This document shows, one piece after another, positions 59,653 through 64,000 of a stretch of DNA of 64,000 nucleotides. The notes under the pieces are model-generated. The model did not search any database, had not been told where the DNA came from, and was given only the letters and a program-made list of their open reading frames with translations. The DNA comes from Macrostomum lignano (taxonomy: Eukaryota). The position numbers and the translations under genes were made by a program. The stretch lies in NCBI GenBank assembly GCA_002269645.1, contig NIVC01003562.1, positions 27,137 through 91,136 on the forward strand. The letters are read 5' to 3'. Numbering within the stretch: the stretch's first letter is position 1; each line of letters begins with the position of its first letter.

Positions 59653-62600
59653 ATGCGTCAGTCGAAGACATTGCTACTCTTTGCCATCGGTTTCTGCTGC
59701 GTCATGGTCTCCGAAGGTGTGTGATGAAGTTGATTTTTTGCTCTAAAATAGTTTATCAGCAAAATATATCCAGGTTTTCGTGGCAAAGAAGTACTTTGAA
59801 TAAATAAGAACTGCTATGGCGAGGCAAGTCTTCCAGATCCGGCTTGCTTTTTTAATTTGTAGCGAGACGATATCTAAGAAGGCGATGATTAAAGATAAAC
59901 GATACTTCATTTGCTTTTGCCTTTTGAAATTATTCTTCTCAGGGCGTCTAATAACTAGAAATCCTATAGGCCTCTTGAATCCCATCTTTGCGTCTCGGGG
60001 TTGCCTAAGTTTATACTTGAAACTGTTTTACCAATGGTCAGGTGATATGCAGAATACGACTTTGCCCCCCCCCCACTCCATGTTGCAATGTAGGCGCTTG
60101 CAACCGAACTCGCTATGTGCAACACAACGGCGTCCTTGTTGTCAACTCGACCATCAGTAGCCAAGTCCTGAATGCCTCCGGAGTGACTTCAGTTGAAGCA
60201 TGCGCCATGCTGTGCGGAATGAAATCCTGCTCTGCCGCCGTGTTCTGGAAGAGCAGCGATCTGTGCCAGCTGGTGACGGTGTCTCGCGAGCCGGGATTTG
60301 CTGGAAACAACGAATGGAGACTACTGGGCTCGGAGACTGCTGAGGCGGTGGTGATGAAGCTGGAAAACTTCGAAGAACTGATGAAGCCTCGTATTATAAA
60401 TGTCACTCGAGTGTTTACAAGTGAGAGTTCAGCCGCATGTAAATTTGCATAGAGTATCGCACACTTGGTGCACTTTTTCCGTCTTCTTTAAGTCGGCTCG
60501 AGCTGGCCACAAGTTCCTAATTTGCGCTATCCCATGTTCGTTTTAAATTCAATCCATATGAGCATATTTGAGTCAGCAATAACTAATTGAAACATGCATG
60601 GATTTCAGACAATGGAACGGGTCGAATCGGCTCTGTCCAGCTGGTGACCATCGACATTGCCGGCTGCTACCGGATCCAACTCGCTGGTGCCAAGGGCGGC
60701 GACAACACGTATGTCAGTCCTGACGAACTCGGCGGCAGGGGAGCTCTGGCTGCTGGAAACGTCAGTTTGTCAGTCGGAGTTCAGCTGTCGATTGTTGTCG
60801 GCCAGGCCGGAGGTCCGTCGCAGAGCAGCGGCTACTCTAGCGGCGGCGGCGGCGGAGGCAGCTTCGTGTACCGGACATCGAACAATGAGCTGCTGATGGC
60901 CGCTGGCGGCGGCGGCGGCGCCTCGTATGGGTATTCCGGTAAGCATGCGATTTTTATTGTATCTTAACTGAGACGTTTGATAGTTGCTTTTGCCATATTG
61001 TCGTATGCAGCTATTCAATAATGTATTTGTGAAAAGTTTCAAGAAACTGAAGCCGGTAAACAGTTTAGGGAAATGGCGACTTAAGTATCTTTTATCAAGT
61101 ATATTTTTAAGTAGTCCTTGAACCAGGGACGAAACTACACTGAAGAATGCCTCAGTCTACTGGCGCATTTCTATTGTAAAATTGTGAAATCTTCATGGAT
61201 CTACAGGCCAGAGTTCATTGATGGTGCAGGCTGCCAGAAATATTGCAGAATTTTTTCTGCTTCACAACACTTTAGCCGAGACAGTCTTCAATTGACGACG
61301 ATCGCATGCTAAAATTCTTATGAAAGCAAAAGTTGGCACTTATATATACATTCGGAAAAGTAGAGTGAGCAGTATATGCTCGTAACAACTTTGAAAAAAA
61401 CAATTTAAAGTTAAAAAGTTTTTGTTGTTGCAAAACTTTAAGGTACGCTCGTACTCAGCAACATGGTTAAATTTCCAGCCCGAAAACAGTTGTCAACTAT
61501 TCTCGGATCTCAGTCTTAAGTGACGCAATTCACAACACACCTGCGGTTCTCGTCTCAAAGCTGTGGGTGATACAGCTTAGGCTGGTGAGGGGACAGTGGA
61601 GAGTTGTGGCTTGAGCTGCATTACAGCTGCCACTTGTTAACCTCTGGTTTCGTGAAAACGTTAACATGATATCTGCGTATTTAAGGTTGGTTCAGCTATA
61701 GAAATTTCTGAGCCTTACCTTCTCCTGCAGTAGATTGGGTGAATGAGCGATCCCTGCAATGAATGAACTGACTGTAAATGAATTTCAGGTCGACCCGGAG
61801 AGGCGGGCACAGGAGGCTCAAACTCGTTCGGGACTGATGATGTAAGTTCTACAGATTGTTCGATTCGAATTAATTGTTTGCTGCAATTCAATACAGTTGA
61901 CATCTCAGCAATGGCAAGTAATTAGCTAAATAAAGCAGATTGGACACTGCAACAGCGCTTCTTTGAATTTCACTTTAGTCGATTTTTGCTGCAATATAGA
62001 GCTATGTAGATACTTTTACATCTTTTCAACAAAACAATTTGACAATTACCTTCCGAAATTCACAATTGCAAATGAAGCCTGCATAAGTATGCGATGTGTT
62101 TTCCCGGATTTTCATTTACACTGTAAATGCTTGTCCAGCTATTTTTTAGAAATGCTATGGAATACGTAAGTTATTCGAATCGCATTAGTGTATTGTGAAG
62201 ACTTCTTTCTCAGACGGTTCTGTTTTGACAGCACGGTTGTATGTCGCAGTCCCAGCTGGTGCAGCTGTTTATTTTTATACATACGTACATAGAAACTTTT
62301 CAGGTTGAGTTATTTAGAGATTTCCGATTTTAATTGAAGTAGCTACACCTGTACATGCTTCTTAGTCTGCGCCGGCACAGATAAAAGGCTTTCGTTCCTT
62401 TTCAATCTGGAGCCGTCTAGTAGAGTAGGTGTAGTGCTGCTACCAGTCCCTTCGGGTCTCAGCCTTCACATGACAAGGGGAAAGCGGCCCACCAATGAAG
62501 CCGCTAATGACCGCTAGACAAGAGAACAAGACACCCAGGCACTAGTGCATCCACTAGTGCCGCTGCACAAAGAGCAAACCAAGAGCTGCAGGCTGAGCCA

Positions 62601-63193
62601 AGCTGCCCAGCGGCTGCAAATAAGAGCACAAGGGAAACTGCTGACGAGTGAGACACCAAACAGTAATCCTAATGGCTCACTGCATAATCTTAGCGTCATT
62701 CCGCTTCAGTTCTACAGAAAGCAAATGGTTTCAAAAACATACTCGACATCGCTTGCAGGCAGCCCAAACTGGCATCGGAGGCGTTAACGGACAGCCGGGC
62801 AGCAACGACCAAAGCACTGCGGCTACCGATAGAAACCCTGGAGGCTGCGGAGCCGGCTGGCTTGGCAAGCCTACCGCCGCCCGCACAAGCACCGAATACG
62901 GAGACAGAGGCGGCAGTCGCGCCGACGGCTGGGTCGGCGGCAGAGCCGGAGACACGAGTCCCGCCGACGGCGGCTTCGGCGGTGGCGGAGGCGGAGGCGC
63001 GGCCACCACCAAAGGAGCGGCAGGAGCCGGCGGAGGCTACAGCGGCGGCGGAGCTGGGGCTCGCAGCGACCACGCCGGAGGAGGCGGCGGCTCCTTCTGC
63101 GGCGGCAACGGCTGCGTGGCCACAACGAGTGGCAACACGGGCAGCGAGCACGGCTTCGTGCTGCTGCAAATGATCGGCAGCGGCTGCGCTTAG
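59653..63193 (+). CDS. Secreted PAN/apple plus glycine-rich domain protein, paralogue C (exons 59653-59716, 60094-60420, 60609-60938, 61789-61841, 62759-63193; about 402 aa)
   Basis: Signal-like MRQSKTLLLFAIGFCCVMVSEG; PAN EACAMLCGMKSCSAAVFWKSSDLC; glycine-rich domain FTNNGTGRIGS...GCYRIQLAGAKGG...VVGQAGG...GGFGGGGGGG...GGGGGSFC. Phases 1,1,1,0 as in A. Confidence 0.9.
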
Positions 63194-64000
63194 CCGTCGA
63201 TTTTGAAACGCAACTCATCTTTTCAAGCGAAAAAATGAAGGTCAAAGGAAAAACTTACTTTCGTTTTGAGGTTTCAGTGGTTTTAAGGATGCTCTATTGT
63301 TTGTTTTTGGATACAACGTTTATTATTTCGAATGTACGTAGTTAGACAAAACTTTTTTTCTCCCTTTAAAAGTGGGGATGTGTGTTTGAATTTCTATCGG
63401 ACTGATAATCTGTGGGTTTAAGTTAGCACAATGCTTACATTTACTATATGATTCTAAATACAGGGGCTAGCTTGTCGTGGGATTTCTGCCCCATGAGGTC
63501 CATGAAGAACTACTCTCTAGGCACAGAGTAGCTACTTATCTCGATAATTCATGCAAATATGATTTTCTATCTGAAAGTGTTCGACATGTTTCCTTACCAA
63601 TTCAACTCTAAAGCTTTTTTGATTGTTTACTTACTATTGCACTCTCTGGTTAAAGTTTTATTTTTTTCAAAAGGCAGAGCATTTTTTTGACACGTGAAAA
63701 TCTTAATTCAAGTTCACAATACCTCTACCATATAGTTACGGAAATAGCTCCGCGGATTGAAGATTGCTCAGATGAATTGAACGATTGGCCTTGAGCCAAC
63801 TACATGAACGCTCGTAGTTACATCGATTTGAGTAGTCTTCTACAAGCGGAACTCTGGCCTTTATGAGATGAATTTTGTATTTGCACGCCTACTTTTTAGT
63901 TGAACTGGATGCATAATGTGCAGTTTTATCCAATGTTTAGCAATTATATTGTTTCATTTTGTTTTACTGTGTGACAGTGTCAAAATTCATTGATTTGTTT

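Noticed and set aside
62641-62665. Hammerhead-like CTGACGA-GTGAGACAC-CAAAC
   Set aside because: The conserved GAAA is CAAA and I could not form stems I and III; a scan by eye of other CTGANGA sites gave no complete ribozyme.

Overview
Intron-rich, repeat-rich metazoan genomic DNA. Flatworm origin (Macrostomum-like) is inferred mainly from a near-match to the Macrostomum spliced-leader sequence as I recall it. Host genes were rebuilt by hand from splice sites with consistent phases: a partial coiled-coil gene (+, 1809-3696), peroxisomal 2,4-dienoyl-CoA reductase DECR2 (+, 4 exons), an 18-exon long-form RNase Z ELAC2 (-, 8613-31684), and three paralogous secreted proteins. Each paralogue has a signal peptide, a PAN/apple domain and an ALK/LTK-type glycine-rich domain, but no transmembrane or kinase domain (39369-42168 -, 51227-54678 -, 59653-63193 +); a pseudo-exon suggests a fourth copy. 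Most large introns carry their own minisatellite. Mobile DNA includes a 2.8 kb TTAA-flanked foldback element inside a 20-bp satellite and a young non-autonomous Gypsy element (identical LTRs, gag-protease kept, RT/RNase H deleted in frame). There is also an LTR flanked by both PPT and PBS, a decayed Mag-like Gypsy, a mariner fossil, RTE-like LINE fragments and two CORE-like tRNA-derived SINEs. Most long ORFs in the supplied track are artefacts of tandem repeats or antisense shadows. There are no CRISPR arrays or prokaryotic features. All alignments were done by eye; no database search was run.
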